DNA of 63,678 nucleotides, filler included, from Aduncisulcus paluster (Eukaryota), in the NCBI GenBank assembly GCA_024181965.1. It is 8 parts of 8 records of this genome, joined end to end, with 100 filler letters (N's around TTAATTAATTAA, not from the genome) between each part and the next. Parts side by side here need not be neighbours in the genome. Positions count along the whole stretch, not along the records: positions 33,842 to 40,863 come from BQXS01012630.1; positions 40,964 to 49,247 come from BQXS01012631.1; 6 more parts are not named here. One strand, given 5' to 3'. A program made the translations under genes and the position numbers. The notes under the pieces were generated by a model that was given only the letters and a program-made list of their open reading frames with translations, ran no database searches and was not told the origin of the DNA. Positions 34,864 to 47,632 of this stretch are shown piece after piece (the stretch's first letter is position 1; every line of letters starts with the position of its first letter).

Positions 34864-35885
34864 CTCATAGATAGATTGGGGATTGGTGAAGTGAAGAATA
34901 AAAAGAAGAGACTTCATAGACACAGTTCTAGTTCTCTCTTCTTTATGTTTCAAGGAGAAGAGAAAAGTTTGGATTCGGCAAAACAAAGGAAAGATCTCTA
35001 ATCAAGAATCATCATCCAAGAATAAGATGATGTGACACACAGATTGGGGAATAACATTGATGTTATTGGTGTTATTGATGCGTTATTCGAGATTTAAACG
35101 AGTAAAGCGAGGGGCAGGTATGCCAAGTTGTGCCAATTTGGCAATTATTTTCAGAAACAATGGGTGGAAACCGGGATCAACAGAACCAGAGAGTTGAGTG
35201 TTTTAAATTTGTAGCGGTATTTTAGGGAGTAGTACAGTAAACATCAAACGTTTAAGTTCAGTTTTATGACAATAAAAAAGAACAATATGGTATCAAAAGG
35301 TTCGAGAATCAAACAGATACCATTGATAAACAACAAGTCATTAGATGGAGAAAAATGGCATGGATACCGAGCTGCAATGGCTTTAAGCTCCGTTTTTATC
35401 GAGATATTCCAGGAATATCGGGGAAAATATCCTTAAGAGGTTGTACAATGAAGATGTTATGAATGACACAGTATAAATAGGGGAATCAAATCAATAAATC
35501 CATGTCATTTGCTCCACAAAATGTTTTCGGGATGAAATTATACCTTTTATCATGTTTTATCCTCTAATTCTCATTGATAAAAAACTCATTCAAGAAAGAA
35601 GATGAAACATCATATTTCAATATTTAGAATTGGATATTTCAATTGACAGCAATCGGCAACAATGCATTTTGGTGGGAATCACTTTCAATAGATTTGTATA
35701 TAGCAACAAAATTAGCTTGGCGAAGCTGAATCATTGGATAAAGCATTAATTTTGCTGGGATCGAAGATTTTATTGATTAAAAAAGAGTAAATTGAATATG
35801 CAGTTATTTTTATTGTTGTATTATCTTTAATTGACCTAGGAATGGAAATTGATGGTCTTCGCCATTATAGGTTATATATCATGAG

Positions 35886-36457
35886 ATCTGTCGATATTTG
35901 AGTGACTATTGGGAAATTTAGTGCACTAATTTTCGTAGTTTACAATAAAAATGGTGAAATAATAAACAAACAAAGTGGGAATCTACACTTTTTGGTTTAA
36001 AGAAAGGTTTATTTCTTCTTATTGGCCTTCTTCAACTCAGAATCGGCATGTCTCCTCTTTTTGGCTTTTTTCTTTTCTCCTTTAGCCTTATTTGTTTTCA
36101 ATTTCTTCTCTTTCTTTTCTTTCTTCTCTTTCTTTTCTTTCTTCTCTTTCTTCTCTTTCTTNNNNNNNNNNNNNNNNNNNNATCTGTCGATATTTGAGTG
36201 ACTATTGGGAAATTTAGTGCACTAATTTTCGTAGTTTACAATAAAAATGGTGAAATAATAAACAAACAAAGTGGGAATCTACACTTTTTGGTTTAAAGAA
36301 AGGTTTATTTCTTCTTATTGGCCTTCTTCAACTCAGAATCGGCATGTCTCCTCTTTTTGGCTTTTTTCTTTTCTCCTTTAGCCTTATTTGTTTTCAATTT
36401 CTTCTCTTTCTTTTCTTTCTTCTCTTTCTTTTCTTTCTTCTCTTTCTTCTCTTTCTT
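35886..36457. repeat. 276-bp exact duplication flanking an N20 gap (artefact; duplicates the NOP2 3' end)
   Basis: 35886-36161 = 36182-36457. Confidence 0.92.
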
Positions 36458-37822
36458 TTCATCCGACACATATTCAACTCTCTCAACCTCGGTGGTAGTT
36501 TCCTCAGTGGAGGCACCAAATGAAAGCTCAAGATCTTCCTCTTCTTCTTCCATAGGCCCAACAACGGTCACATTTCGGGCACTGCCAACCCCTCTCTCAA
36601 GCCTGGCTTTATCCTTGATTAACTCAAGCTTGCACACAAAGAATCCATCCATGTTATGTGTATGGGGAAACACACGACGAGACATAGATACCGAGGGGTG
36701 GAATCTTTTCCCTCTGAAACTGTTAAATCCAGGCCTTCCAAAGGGAATGTCTTTCTCTATACTCACAACTCTCACTGGACGTCTCTGAAGAGCATAGTCT
36801 ATCACACCCTCATTCTCTTCGATAGAAATGGAACAAGTACTGTATACAAGGATGCCTGGAGAAGTTGGAGAGCAAGAGAGACAGTCAATAGCAGAAAGAA
36901 TGAGTTCTTTCTGGATGTGTTGAGAGATAAGGAAATCCTTCTCAGACTTCTTTCCTTTTAATTGGGGATCTCTACTGATAACTCCTGTTCCAGAACAGGG
37001 AGCATCGAGTAAAATCCGGTCAAATGCACCTTGCTGCATAGAGGAGAACTGACGAGCATCATAATTACTCACAATACAATTCCGAACACCCATACGATGA
37101 AGGTTGGCAACAAGAGCGGGGAGACGGACCTTGCTATAGTCATTTGAAAATAAAATACCCTTATTCTTCATCAAAGAAGCAATATGGGTTGTCTTTCCTC
37201 CAGGAGCACTACACATATCCAGAACAGTCTCCCCAGGCTTAGGATGGAGGCAAAGCACAGGTAAAAAGGAGGCTGCAGCTTGCTGCATGTACATTCCTTG
37301 GAGATATTCAGGAGTAGCACCTAGAGAGATATCTGATTTGAAAATTTGTAATCCTTCTCTACTCCAGCCACCAAGGGGAGCAAGATTAACACCACGATGG
37401 ATCAAAGCTTCCGCAACAACTCTTCTTTTAGCTTTGAGAGTATTCACACGAATTGTAAGAGGACGAGGCTTTTCACACGCCTCCATAAATTCTAAACATT
37501 CATAAGGACTAAAAATATCGAGGAATTTACGTGCTAAGAAATCATTATATCCATAAACTGAACACATATCATCAACTAATTGATCAACGTAGAAAGGACG
37601 GCTATATCCAGGTTCACGAAGCCTTTTAAAATCAGAAAGAACTCGAACAATTTGAAACATCCGAGCTTTAGTTCCATCAGAATCCATCTCTCCGAGATTA
37701 TCAGATACTTTCCAGATTTCTTGCGATTCAATTGCTTCGGCAGCTTCGGCCCGGGCTATTTCTTCTTCTTTCAGACGTTTCTCTCGAAAGTCCCGGGCAG
37801 CCTGCTCAAAGGGATGACTCAT
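36305..37822 (-). CDS. NOP2: NOP2/NOL1 large-subunit rRNA m5C methyltransferase
   Basis: LGATPEYLQG, VLDMCSAPGGKT, FDRILLDAPCSGTG, LVYSTCS, FPHTHNMDGFF and a (KKE)n tail. Confidence 0.96.
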   Translation of the reverse strand: MSHPFEQAARDFREKRLKEEEIARAEAAEAIESQEIWKVSDNLGEMDSDGTKARMFQIVRVLSDFKRLREPGYSRPFYVDQLVDDMCSVYGYNDFLARKFLDIFSPYECLEFMEACEKPRPLTIRVNTLKAKRRVVAEALIHRGVNLAPLGGWSREGLQIFKSDISLGATPEYLQGMYMQQAAASFLPVLCLHPKPGETVLDMCSAPGGKTTHIASLMKNKGILFSNDYSKVRLPALVANLHRMGVRNCIVSNYDARQFSSMQQGAFDRILLDAPCSGTGVISRDPQLKGKKSEKDFLISQHIQKELILSAIDCLSCSPTSPGILVYSTCSISIEENEGVIDYALQRRPVRVVSIEKDIPFGRPGFNSFRGKRFHPSVSMSRRVFPHTHNMDGFFVCKLELIKDKARLERGVGSARNVTVVGPMEEEEEDLELSFGASTEETTTEVERVEYVSDEKKEKKEKKEKKEKKEKKEKKLKTNKAKGEKKKAKKRRHADSELKKANKKK

Positions 37823-37984
37823 TTTACGTCAAAATCCACAGATTAAAAATGGCTTTGGATTAGTATCCCCATTGAAAAATCTCACTGTTATATTAATGAA
37901 TAAATACCATTAATGGTTCATATTTTTTAATTTATTATATAAAAATATTCTTAGAAGAGCGATTCGCATTCTGATAACGGCAAA

Positions 37985-39591
37985 ATGTTCCAGCTTGCAG
38001 TAGTTAATAAATAGCATTTATAATATATAATTTACCAGAATTTGTAAAAATATACTTTATTTTAACTGTCTAATATACTGTAACCATTTGATATCAGCGA
38101 TTGGAGCAATTCACCCGTTTTTTTCGACTATTGTGTCTATCGAAAGCTCTTATTCAAGATAGAGTTAAGCAAAGGAAGGCCTTGGAGGCCAATCAAGATA
38201 TTGTTGTTGATGGGAAAGGCACTGATGTCTCAACTGCTGAAAAATCCAACGGTGGAGGTCTTGTCAGTATAAAAAGTGCTCCAAACTTACACTCATCCTC
38301 TGAAAACAATGGAATTCACTTCCGTAAGGCGAGTATTCCCCGTTCTAGAAGTGTAAGTCTGTTGGGTTCTTCTGGAATTGCTGTTCCCGTCCAAAAACCA
38401 GGGACTGCTCAGATTCGTGCTGAAAATGCAATTGCGAAAGAGGCGTTCGGCATTGACTTTGAGAAATCTCCAGAAGCCGAGGATGGGACTCCTGTTCACA
38501 GTGGTGGCGATGAAGTTCAAGTTGTCCATATCATTAGTGCAGATGAGAGTGAAGACTCCTGTGAAGATGATAAAGGGACTTCAAAGGTTCAAAATGAAGG
38601 TATGGATAAGGGTGAATCTATCCCTGGTCTTGATCCTAATAAGGAAGTTGAGGAAGACGATGATGTTGTTATTGGACATCCTTCTGCTCCTGTATCCAAC
38701 CCTCCAGCTCCACTCTTGCCCATACCCATTGCTTGTCATGTTGTTAAGGAAGAGGATGAGGGGAAACTATCTCCTTCCAGCTCTGGTTCTCAGCTGACGA
38801 AACCTGATCCTCAGGGTGCTGGATCTGGACGTTCGACTCGAGCATCTTCTGTATCCGATGAGCCACGGGAAATTTCTATATCCTCATCGAGCAGTGAAGG
38901 AGTAATCAAGAGTGCAAGAAGGCAACTCAAGAGTGCAAGAAGGCAACTGGAAGACGAAGGATTGTTCTCTTCAAAGCAACCTGATGGCACTGAAGAGACT
39001 GGACAGAAACGAGTTGTTGTTGGGTTTAGATCCGGTCTGACTGAGCGCGAAAGACAAAAACTTCCTCAGCTCGATGATGGAGAGGAGAAACAGCTTCGTT
39101 CCATTCTCTCTCTGCCATCCTTCAATGCTTACACTGAAAAACAGAAGAAGGTTAAGCAAGAAATGCAAGACAAGCAAAAAAAGTATTCAAAGACTGCACT
39201 GACCTCTTTCTCTCCCTCTTTTGCTCTCATGATGTTTATCCATCATTTCCAGTTATTTAGTGTCATTCCTTCCTCTTCCACCAGCACCAGTGAGTCGTCT
39301 TTCCCCCCCATGTCTCTGTGGGTCTACATTGAGTGTATATTCTTTGATAAAGCCACATCTTCCATCAATCCAAACATTCTTATGTATGCCGTGTATATTA
39401 TCTTGCCTACTGCTATTGTCTGTCTTTCTTTCCTCATTGCACCGTTGTTAAGGATGTATTGTGGCATGAAAATGCTGTCCTCGTCGTTGCTGTTTTACTA
39501 TTTCTGTGAACTATTACTGTTTACACCCACTCAGGCAGCCACTATTTCGAGATACATGATGTATTCAAGTTCAGTTGTTTTGATCTATTGA
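37985..39591 (+). CDS. Hypothetical protein, disordered N-half and hydrophobic (probably transmembrane) C-terminus; exons 37985-37999 and 38098-39591
   Basis: The track ORF lacks an early ATG; intron 38000-38097 (GTAGTT...ATCAG, phase 0) supplies MFQLA in frame. The 3' end may have further exons. Confidence 0.65.
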
Positions 39592-40653
39592 TAAGCATTA
39601 TGAAGTTATTTTTGCTGTTTTTCTTACATTTTTCGGCATTGCCTTGACTAAATCTCTAAATTATCCACATGAAATGCCCAAGAGTTTTATGAATTTTACT
39701 GGTGCTTTTTCTGACCTGTATGATTAAGATTTCCTCAATTCACTTGAAGACGATGTTATGATAATTGCTGATATATTGGCAGCTGGTTTCCTGATGAATT
39801 AACAAAAAATTGGAGTTATTTTATTGCATACAAGGAGATAATGCAAATTTCTCAATATCTTTGGCCCTTTGTCACATCTAAACATGGTACAAACATATTG
39901 TGCCTGTACTCTGTCATTATGGATATTGTTTGCAGTACTCAAATCATTGCTCTTGCTCAAGATTCTCCACACATTCTTCATGCAAATATATACAATGTTA
40001 TTAGCCTTGACAAAGAAAACTTTGGTGTTGATTTGAAGATTCCCCATGGTAGTTTTGCACGTCTCCTTATCAATTTTGATGTTTGTTATAGATTCAATGG
40101 TCCTGGCCATCAGTCAATGAAGGTATCTTCATCACTGCCGTTGTGCAGAAGAGATGACCTTCATGATTTATGACAATCCGTGCTCAGAAAATAATAACAA
40201 TATGGGAATCCAAAATGGGTTCTGAAGATATCCTTCATTATAATCGATATTTCATTATGTTATCTGAGATAAGACTCTCCAACAATAAATAATAGCATTT
40301 TGATGGTCGATTTCAGAATCCACGATTTTGCCGCATATTCTATTTCAACTCGGCCTGGAAAGAGCAAAGATACCAGCGACAACATCGGATGTTTCAAAAA
40401 AAAGAAAAAAGCATCAAGGAGTCCGAATTCACGGATATATTTGATTTGAAATGGTTCTATGAACGGTTAAAAACATTTTAGAATCCGAAAAAGATTCATC
40501 AATAACAATAACGTTGACAAAAGCGAGTGTGGTGAATAACAATAAAAATACTTGTGGCTGTAGCAAATTTACTTTAATAGACTTCAATGGTCATAATGCT
40601 TGTCATGTCATCCCTCATGACAAGCTACAGTACCTTACAGTACGTTAATAAAA

Positions 40654-40726
40654 TACATCTCCTGGGACTTGAACCCAGGACTAGCAGTACAGCAGACAGC
40701 TGCCATACCAACTGAACCATATATGA
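40654..40726 (-). pseudogene. tRNA-like element (tRNA pseudogene or SINE head), nominal anticodon GCT
   Basis: 73 nt with exact tRNA spacing, A-box TGGTTCAGTTGG and a perfect T-arm CTGGG-TTCAAGT-CCCAG. The acceptor stem has 3 of 7 mismatches; TTTT follows. Confidence 0.7.
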
Positions 40727-40863
40727 CATTTTAATATTTTCATGATTGGATATCTAAAAGTGATCACCACACCCGGCCTTCTTTAATAAGGAAGCAATAA
40801 CTAAACAGGTGAGCACTTAATTAAACAAAACAAATTAGTAACCATCATATCCGATAATAAAAC

Positions 40864-40963
40864 NNNNNNNNNNNNNNNNNNNNNNNNNNNNNNNNNNNNN
40901 NNNNNNNTTAATTAATTAANNNNNNNNNNNNNNNNNNNNNNNNNNNNNNNNNNNNNNNNNNNN
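40864..40963. other. Artificial contig linker
   Basis: N44-TTAATTAATTAA-N44. Confidence 0.98.
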
Positions 40964-41785
40964 GAGAGACACGTCCCAAGTGTGAACGAGAGTGGTGTCA
41001 TCAGTGTGGATGGTGATTAAGTTAAGTTTAGAATGAATGGCGGAGGAGGAATGAGAAGAAGACGAGGGATTCGAGGTACAGAAACAAAAGGTGACAATAC
41101 GTTCATCAAACAGGATAGGAAGTGGATCCAATTCATAATATTGATCGGAAGGAATTGAATACAGATATAATTTCTTATTTGAGTCCACGCAAAAGACACA
41201 ATCGATAAAATCATCATCTGCTGCATGTTCGGAATGCGCAATTTCCTCAGATCTACCAAAGAATACTTTAATTGGATAAGAATTAATCATTTTACCAGGA
41301 GTTTTGGATCCGATAGAAGAGGATTGGTGAGAAATATCGATAATTGTGGTATACTTCCCAAATAGAATACAATTATCATCATAAGAGCACATAGAAGTTA
41401 TTTCATCATCAATTTTAGAATAATGCGCATATTGAAGAGAATCTGACGTTGACAATGCACACAAAAATAAAGTATTAGATTCATCCAAATAGAGGAGACC
41501 AGACGCATATGGACATGTTAATTGAACATTTTTTGGAGGATGTAAGTGAGTTATCTCTGCTTTGGGAAGGGAATAAACAAATGAAGATCGTTGAGATACA
41601 ATTGAATGGGAGAAATCTGGAAAGTTAGCAGATAACTTAAGATTTTGATATTTTGCCACATCTTTTGTTTTATCTTTTGATTTCTGATCAATAATCGGAC
41701 TTGTTGGAATTGGATGAGTTAATGGGACCGATTTAGGAGCAAAATCTAATCGGCGAGAGTTAATAAACAAGCCTTTTTTAAACAT
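40964..41785 (-). CDS. Hypothetical beta-propeller-like protein, 3' truncated
   Basis: ATG at 41785; short beta-strand/turn pattern ending TLVHTWDV at the contig edge. Confidence 0.6.
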
Positions 41786-42058
41786 TAGCACAATTTGAAA
41801 AGAAAATGTAAATGGAAATTAAAATATTATGTTTAATAAAACAAATTAATGCTGAATTAGGAACAAAAATGGAAGTTAATTTTTCTCTTGAAAATAACTC
41901 GTTAAAACCATTAAAATCCTACTTTTCAAAAATAATATTTACTTTATAGATCACTTTTCAATTACATTTGACAAAATAAGTTGAAACACAGAACCTGCGA
42001 AACAAAAAAATTGAGCAAGAAAATTGTCGTTGAAATCGAATAAAACAATTAAAAATTA

Positions 42059-44299
42059 TCAAAATTTGGAATCATTAAGCAGAGTTTCAGCATCTTCTGC
42101 CAATTTTTTCAATCTTAGAAGATAATCTCCCGTTTCAGACGTTTCTTCAATTCTTTCTTCAGATTCAGGTTTTAATTTTCTCTTACCAATATATTTGAGA
42201 TCTCTTTCTTTTTGGAAAGGGGGTGAACTATGATGATCCTTAGATTTTTGATGCGGTTTTCTATCAGAAATAATATCCCCATCTGCAATTCCACCAATCT
42301 TCCATCTACTATAATCCTGGCTTTCCCAGAAACTCTTAAGGGGATCTTTCCTCCAATCTACTGACAATGCCGGAATAGACGATGTGTGATCAGTCTTTGG
42401 GATACCTTGAGCAGAAGCAAATGAGTGAGAAGAAGAAGAAGCCAAAGCCGAAGGTCGACCACCAAGATGTTCTTTATCCCTCATTCGTAATAATCTATTC
42501 ATTTTGAAGATCTGATCTTTCCATTCTTGATCTTCTTTGCGTTGTTGAAGCTCTCTCTCCTTGCGCTGCCTTTCCCATTCTCTGGATTTCTCATCTTTCT
42601 CATTTTCATCCTCTTCTTCCTCTCCATAATCAAACATTGATTGATCTCTTCTTCTCAACTGAGCTATTTTGGAAGATGGAGCACCGAGAGCTCGCATTTG
42701 TTTTAAAATTTCTTTTTTTTCTTGTTTAAATTGTTCCTGTTTGGCAGTCATATCTTGAATAATTTGGGTATTTTGAATATTTTTAGTCCGGCATTCTGTA
42801 AGCTTGGCTTGGGCATCCTTCAACTCATTTTGAAGACGATTATGGTCAGAATTCCATGCATTTCTATCTTTTGCAAATGTAAGAGTTAAATCTTTCACAG
42901 CCTTTTCATTCTTAGATTTCAAATCCTCAATCTCATCCTTTCGTCTACCAATTTCTAAATCTTTGGAAGACAAATCACGAATAAATGACTCTTCTTTTCG
43001 CTTTAACGAATCAATTTCTTTCGATAATTCATCAAGTTTCTCTTTATATTCTTTCTCAAGGCGAGTTTGAGAAAGTTTGAGTTCATCTTGTTTTTTGAGA
43101 TATAACTGTCTTTGAATGATCATTTCTGTTGTAAACGATTTAGTTTTGGCATCAAATTCTTCTTTAAAAGACAACTTGAGCCGTTTGATAATGCCGGAAA
43201 AACCATCAATTTTTGATATCAAAGATTCGTTCAATTGGATCCATTCTTCTTCTTTTTGAGCAAATAAATTGAGTATAGAGGTTATTTTTTGGCTTGAATC
43301 TTTCATAATTTCGTCAAAAATGGTCAATTGCTCTTGATATTCTTTTTCTTTGTTGGTTAGAGTCGTCTCCAAACGCATTGTTTTGGAGGATAGATGATCA
43401 CTCACGGCTTTATGATATTGGGCTTGGGCACGATGATTCTCAAGATCTATTTTTAGAAGAGACATTTGAGATTGCAATTTCTGACATTCTTCTTCACAAA
43501 CATTATTCTTAGCTGTAAGGTGGGCCTCTAGTTCAGCCGCCTTCTTCCTTTCTTTATCAATTTGATCCGATAATTCAGCAGATTTTAACATTTCAGCATA
43601 TAATCTCTCACGATATCTGTTTAATCTATTTGCAGCAACACTTACTGATATGGCTTCGGAGTATCTCGATTGACCACAGACACCATCAGTATCATACCCA
43701 AGTTTTTCAGTGTGACATGTAATAACAGCTTTTCTATCTTGTTGCGCGAGAAGTTTCTCAAGAGCTTCAACTTTCCGAGTCAAAATAGAATTCTGTCTTC
43801 TAAAATAGGAACCCTTTCCATCCTCTCTCGGCGATTCTGTGGGATAATCAATGATTTTGGGCATGAGAAAAACGTGATCGTGATTACTCTGGATTGGAAA
43901 ACGAGAGCGAGGGGAATGGTGTTGCTGACTAGATGGGTGGGTTGTTTGAGGGGAATGATGAGAAACAGAATCTAGAGGAACAGAAACTTGAGGGGATAAA
44001 TGCTGTTGAATAGATGGTTGTGGGATAGAAGGTTTTGGAATAGAAGATTGAGAAGAATAAGCTTTAGGAAATGAAGGCGGCCGGGATTGATAGGGTTGTG
44101 AGTGGTGGTGAGGGGCCACTGAGGAAATGGGGGATGGAGAGCGAGATGATACCCGTTTTTCAAGATTTTTCCGCTTCGATTTGGAATCAATTAACCACTG
44201 GTCATCTGTTTTGAGATGGAAATTTTATAAGTGAAAAAGGTCATAATAAAAAGATGACACAATATGCAAATAAATAAAATAATATAATGACATACTCAT
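42059..44299 (-). CDS. Long coiled-coil protein, possibly CCHCR1-like; exons 44299-44296 and 44205-42059
   Basis: Intron 44295-44206 (GTATGT...AACAG, 90 nt, phase 1) gives MNDQWLIDSK. LTRKVEALEKLLAQQD...LNRYRERLYAEML resembles the CCHCR1 LLxRWREKVFALM motif. Confidence 0.7.
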
Positions 44300-44678
44300 A
44301 CTATGATAGTAATAAGATTTTCTCCCGTTAACTTTGGCGCAAACACAAAAAAATTATGAAAATCCCAGTCAATCATCATAATCAAACAATATAAACTAAT
44401 ATTATCATACATATTAAGATCATGAAATAAAATAAAGTTTATTTTAATAAATAGAGCGTATCACAAATTATAGTCTATCTCGCCAATTATTGGGATAATT
44501 CACGTGAAAATATAGAAGAATTTTTATAATGTGAGATTATATATATTTACTATTGAGATATCATTTGGAAGACACAGAAACCACCCAAAAAAGCATTTTG
44601 ATATTTTCCGATGAAATAATTGAATCAATGATTGGTAGTATTCCAATTTCGAACCCATCAAGTCCATGAAATTGATAA

Positions 44679-45547
44679 TTACATTCCACCACCCCGTTGA
44701 TCCTTTCCATATCTCCCCTGTCCCATTCCTTTCCCAGCATCGAATGGTTTCTTTCCCCAAGAACGTTTATCTCTTGAATCTCTTCTGAAATTATCTCTAC
44801 CACGTTGTCCTCCTCCATCGCGAGAGGCATAACTCCCATCCCTTCCTCCGTATGAACTATCCCTTCCTCCATATGAACTATCTCGTCCTCCATATGAACT
44901 ATCTCTTGAACCACGATAACCTCCATCTCTATCACCACCATGATGTCCTCCATCGCGATACCCGCCATCTCTGCGGCCCCCGTCATAACCTCCAGGGCCG
45001 TCATCACGACCATATCCTTGCTGTTTAAAGCGGTGGGATTGGGCAGGCTTTGGTTGTCGGACAATCCCCTTTTCATATAGAATACTAACTTCTTTTCTCA
45101 TCATCATTTGCAATCTACAATATAATTTCCATGTCTCCTCGGTAAAACCATAATTGAAATAATCAGTGATATCACCTTCACCTCTCCTCCACGGAGCATC
45201 TGCTAAATCTTCGATATTTACCTCAAAAATATGCTTCCCTTTATACATTGGTGCTGGCCAATGCCTTGTCGTATGAAAAGCAACATTCAGAGCCGAATCA
45301 GTTGGGGCACCATATGATTCAATTCCAGAAGGTTTCATTCCTGGTTCTATTTCTGTTTTTGTTTCAGTGATTGGTTCTGTAACTTGAGGAGTGGCTTGAG
45401 CAAGAGCTTGAGCGGAAGATTGATCGATTAGAACCATAGGTTCTCCGGATGATGATTCTGAATCATCCTGTAATATTAAAACAATAATAATACATTAATA
45501 TGAAATATAAGAACAGAAAAGACAAAATTAGAAACAAGACATACCAT
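44679..45547 (-). CDS. FIP1: FIP1 pre-mRNA 3'-end processing factor; exon 1 coding part is ATG only (45547-45545), exon 2 is 45467-44679
   Basis: Fip1 motif [37 protein letters not shown]-rich tail; intron 45544-45468 GTATGT...TACAG in frame. Confidence 0.92.
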
Positions 45548-45739
45548 ATTCCCTCTCCAAAGCAGTTCGAAAATCGAAAACTATCGGATCAGATAAAACA
45601 ATGTAAAATTCCACCTGAAAGAAATATGTATAACTTAGTGTAAAACGAATATAATTAGAAAAATAGAAATAAATCAAAGAAATCGACAGCGCCAATCTTT
45701 GTCATTTTTCATGCCCTTTTTGACTCTTATCAGAATATT

Positions 45740-47206
45740 ATGAGTAACGTTGTGAATTCTTTCTTGGTTTATTCTCTATTAACAGAGATATCTTACATAT
45801 TATATGATCGGTTGAAGGCAAGGAGATTCGATGAAAAAAGAACCAACAATACATTATCATCTCTTTATAACTTAGTGCTTACTGATGAGTTTGTGGATGA
45901 TTTATTATCATCAAAGAATCATTATACATTGTCTCATGCCAGTAGCCTCTTTAAGAGTGTCATTCGTGAGTCTGAGGTCAAACTAAATGATAACTCCTTC
46001 AAAAACTTATTTTATTTAGCTTCTCAAACTTTAAAATACCAACTTCTTGCTATTGCCCATCCAATGGCCCTTGAATCCATCTTATTTGGACATTTGGAAC
46101 GTATACGTCGCTTCTGTGTTCCGGCAACTGATATTCTGGTACTATCATTAATAGAAAGATTGCAAAAGTTGTATCCAATTCCAATTCACCTTGTAGAACA
46201 GTGTTTTTCTGTTGTTTTATTTGAATTCCAGTCTAAAAGAGTTAAAGTAAGTATATTGCAAGATACGAAACGTCAAGGAAAAAGTGGATATTATATGTCT
46301 CCATATTCAATCCATATTTCTGAAAAAGAACTCGGTATGCGCCAAAGACCTGGAATTATTGCCAAATCTGGAGAAATTATCAGTGAAGCCGGGGAGATTT
46401 CCACTAAATTTTATTCTTCGAACGAAAATTATGCCTTTTCCCACCCATATACGCGTATTCATGCTATTATGGCTACAATGGAGCAAAGTAGTGCTGGTGC
46501 CTCCCCTGCTGAGCATGGAGCGGTCATATCTCCGTTATATTCGACCAAAATATCACATCCAACTCAACCTGGTGGGATGATTGAGAAGAGTATGTCTGGT
46601 TTGCCCCTTGTTAGTCACAAAGAATTATCGACAGATATGTTCTGCAAAGGTAGTCTTAGGTTCGAACCACCCAGTGCCCTTGATGAATCTGTCTGTTCCT
46701 GTGTTGTCGTATGTGATGCATATTTGATGTTACGAGCTGGAGAGGAATCTGAGCCCCCCAAAACCTCAGATGAATCCAAAGAGGTTTCGTTTGCCAAAGG
46801 AATGGGAACAACGACTGAGGACGACTCCTCAAAGTCTAAAGAACTTCTATTTGAGTTCGGTCAGCAATATAAAGTCGACAAAACTATCAAGAAAAAGAAA
46901 GTAACTCCAAAATTGGGAATGAAAGTTGAGCCAAAGAGGAATTTAACCAAAGATGAGCAAGAAATCAAAGATAAGATGAGAATGGAGGAAGAATCAGATG
47001 AGGGAATTGATTTTTCATTCAGTGATAAACCATCTGACCGTGTTCAGAAAGAGGATACAGAAAAGAAGGAATTAGATGATGATTCTTACAAAACAGAGCG
47101 TAAAAAGGCAGAAGTGGAGCATTCTAAAGATAGTTTATTCGATGTTGATGTCGGAATCGATGAGCAACAGGAAGAAGAGGAGGAAGATCTTCTGGATTTA
47201 CTATAA
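45740..47206 (+). CDS. OSCP1: OSCP1-family protein
   Basis: EISYILYDRLKA...EVKLNDNSFKNLFYLASQTLKYQL matches OSCP1 EMxYILxQRLxA...MKLNxxSMxKLYDLMxMxxKYQ; acidic DLLDLL C-terminus. Confidence 0.8.
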   Translation: MSNVVNSFLVYSLLTEISYILYDRLKARRFDEKRTNNTLSSLYNLVLTDEFVDDLLSSKNHYTLSHASSLFKSVIRESEVKLNDNSFKNLFYLASQTLKYQLLAIAHPMALESILFGHLERIRRFCVPATDILVLSLIERLQKLYPIPIHLVEQCFSVVLFEFQSKRVKVSILQDTKRQGKSGYYMSPYSIHISEKELGMRQRPGIIAKSGEIISEAGEISTKFYSSNENYAFSHPYTRIHAIMATMEQSSAGASPAEHGAVISPLYSTKISHPTQPGGMIEKSMSGLPLVSHKELSTDMFCKGSLRFEPPSALDESVCSCVVVCDAYLMLRAGEESEPPKTSDESKEVSFAKGMGTTTEDDSSKSKELLFEFGQQYKVDKTIKKKKVTPKLGMKVEPKRNLTKDEQEIKDKMRMEEESDEGIDFSFSDKPSDRVQKEDTEKKELDDDSYKTERKKAEVEHSKDSLFDVDVGIDEQQEEEEEDLLDLL

Positions 47207-47632
47207 TGTCGATTAGAGTGGTTTAACTCTTATGTTTGAAATTTTCACCCGTTGTTTTGGATGCATTTCGTCATTTTCCACCATTCTCAATTTCAATTGA
47301 ACCACCTTTGTATGTCACAACCAGGTGGTATCGAACTGGAAGAAATGGACAAACCAGTTTTCCTTATGACAGCCTTCTACGGCAATTTCATTTTGTATTT
47401 GCTTTATTCTGTTTATGAACCAGAAAAAACTTGTCTGGTAAGTTTCATATTTTTCGCATTTCCAGAAATGGGGAACCCCATTGGGGTTTGACGTGCTATT
47501 CTTGATTACAGAAAATTCAAATAAAAAAATAAGGCATAAAAAATTCTATGAATAAAATATTTTATCATGAAATGATATTTTATCCATGCTTCAAAACACA
47601 TTAACTCAATCATCCAGTTTTGGGGAAATGAC

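Noticed and set aside
40654..40726. Functional tRNA-Ser(GCT)
   Set aside because: Three acceptor-stem mismatches, weak D and anticodon stems, and no long variable arm.
44835..44905. 21-bp direct repeats as a CRISPR-like array
   Set aside because: No spacers; they are in-frame RDSSYGG coding repeats of FIP1. No CRISPR array or cas gene is seen anywhere in the window.
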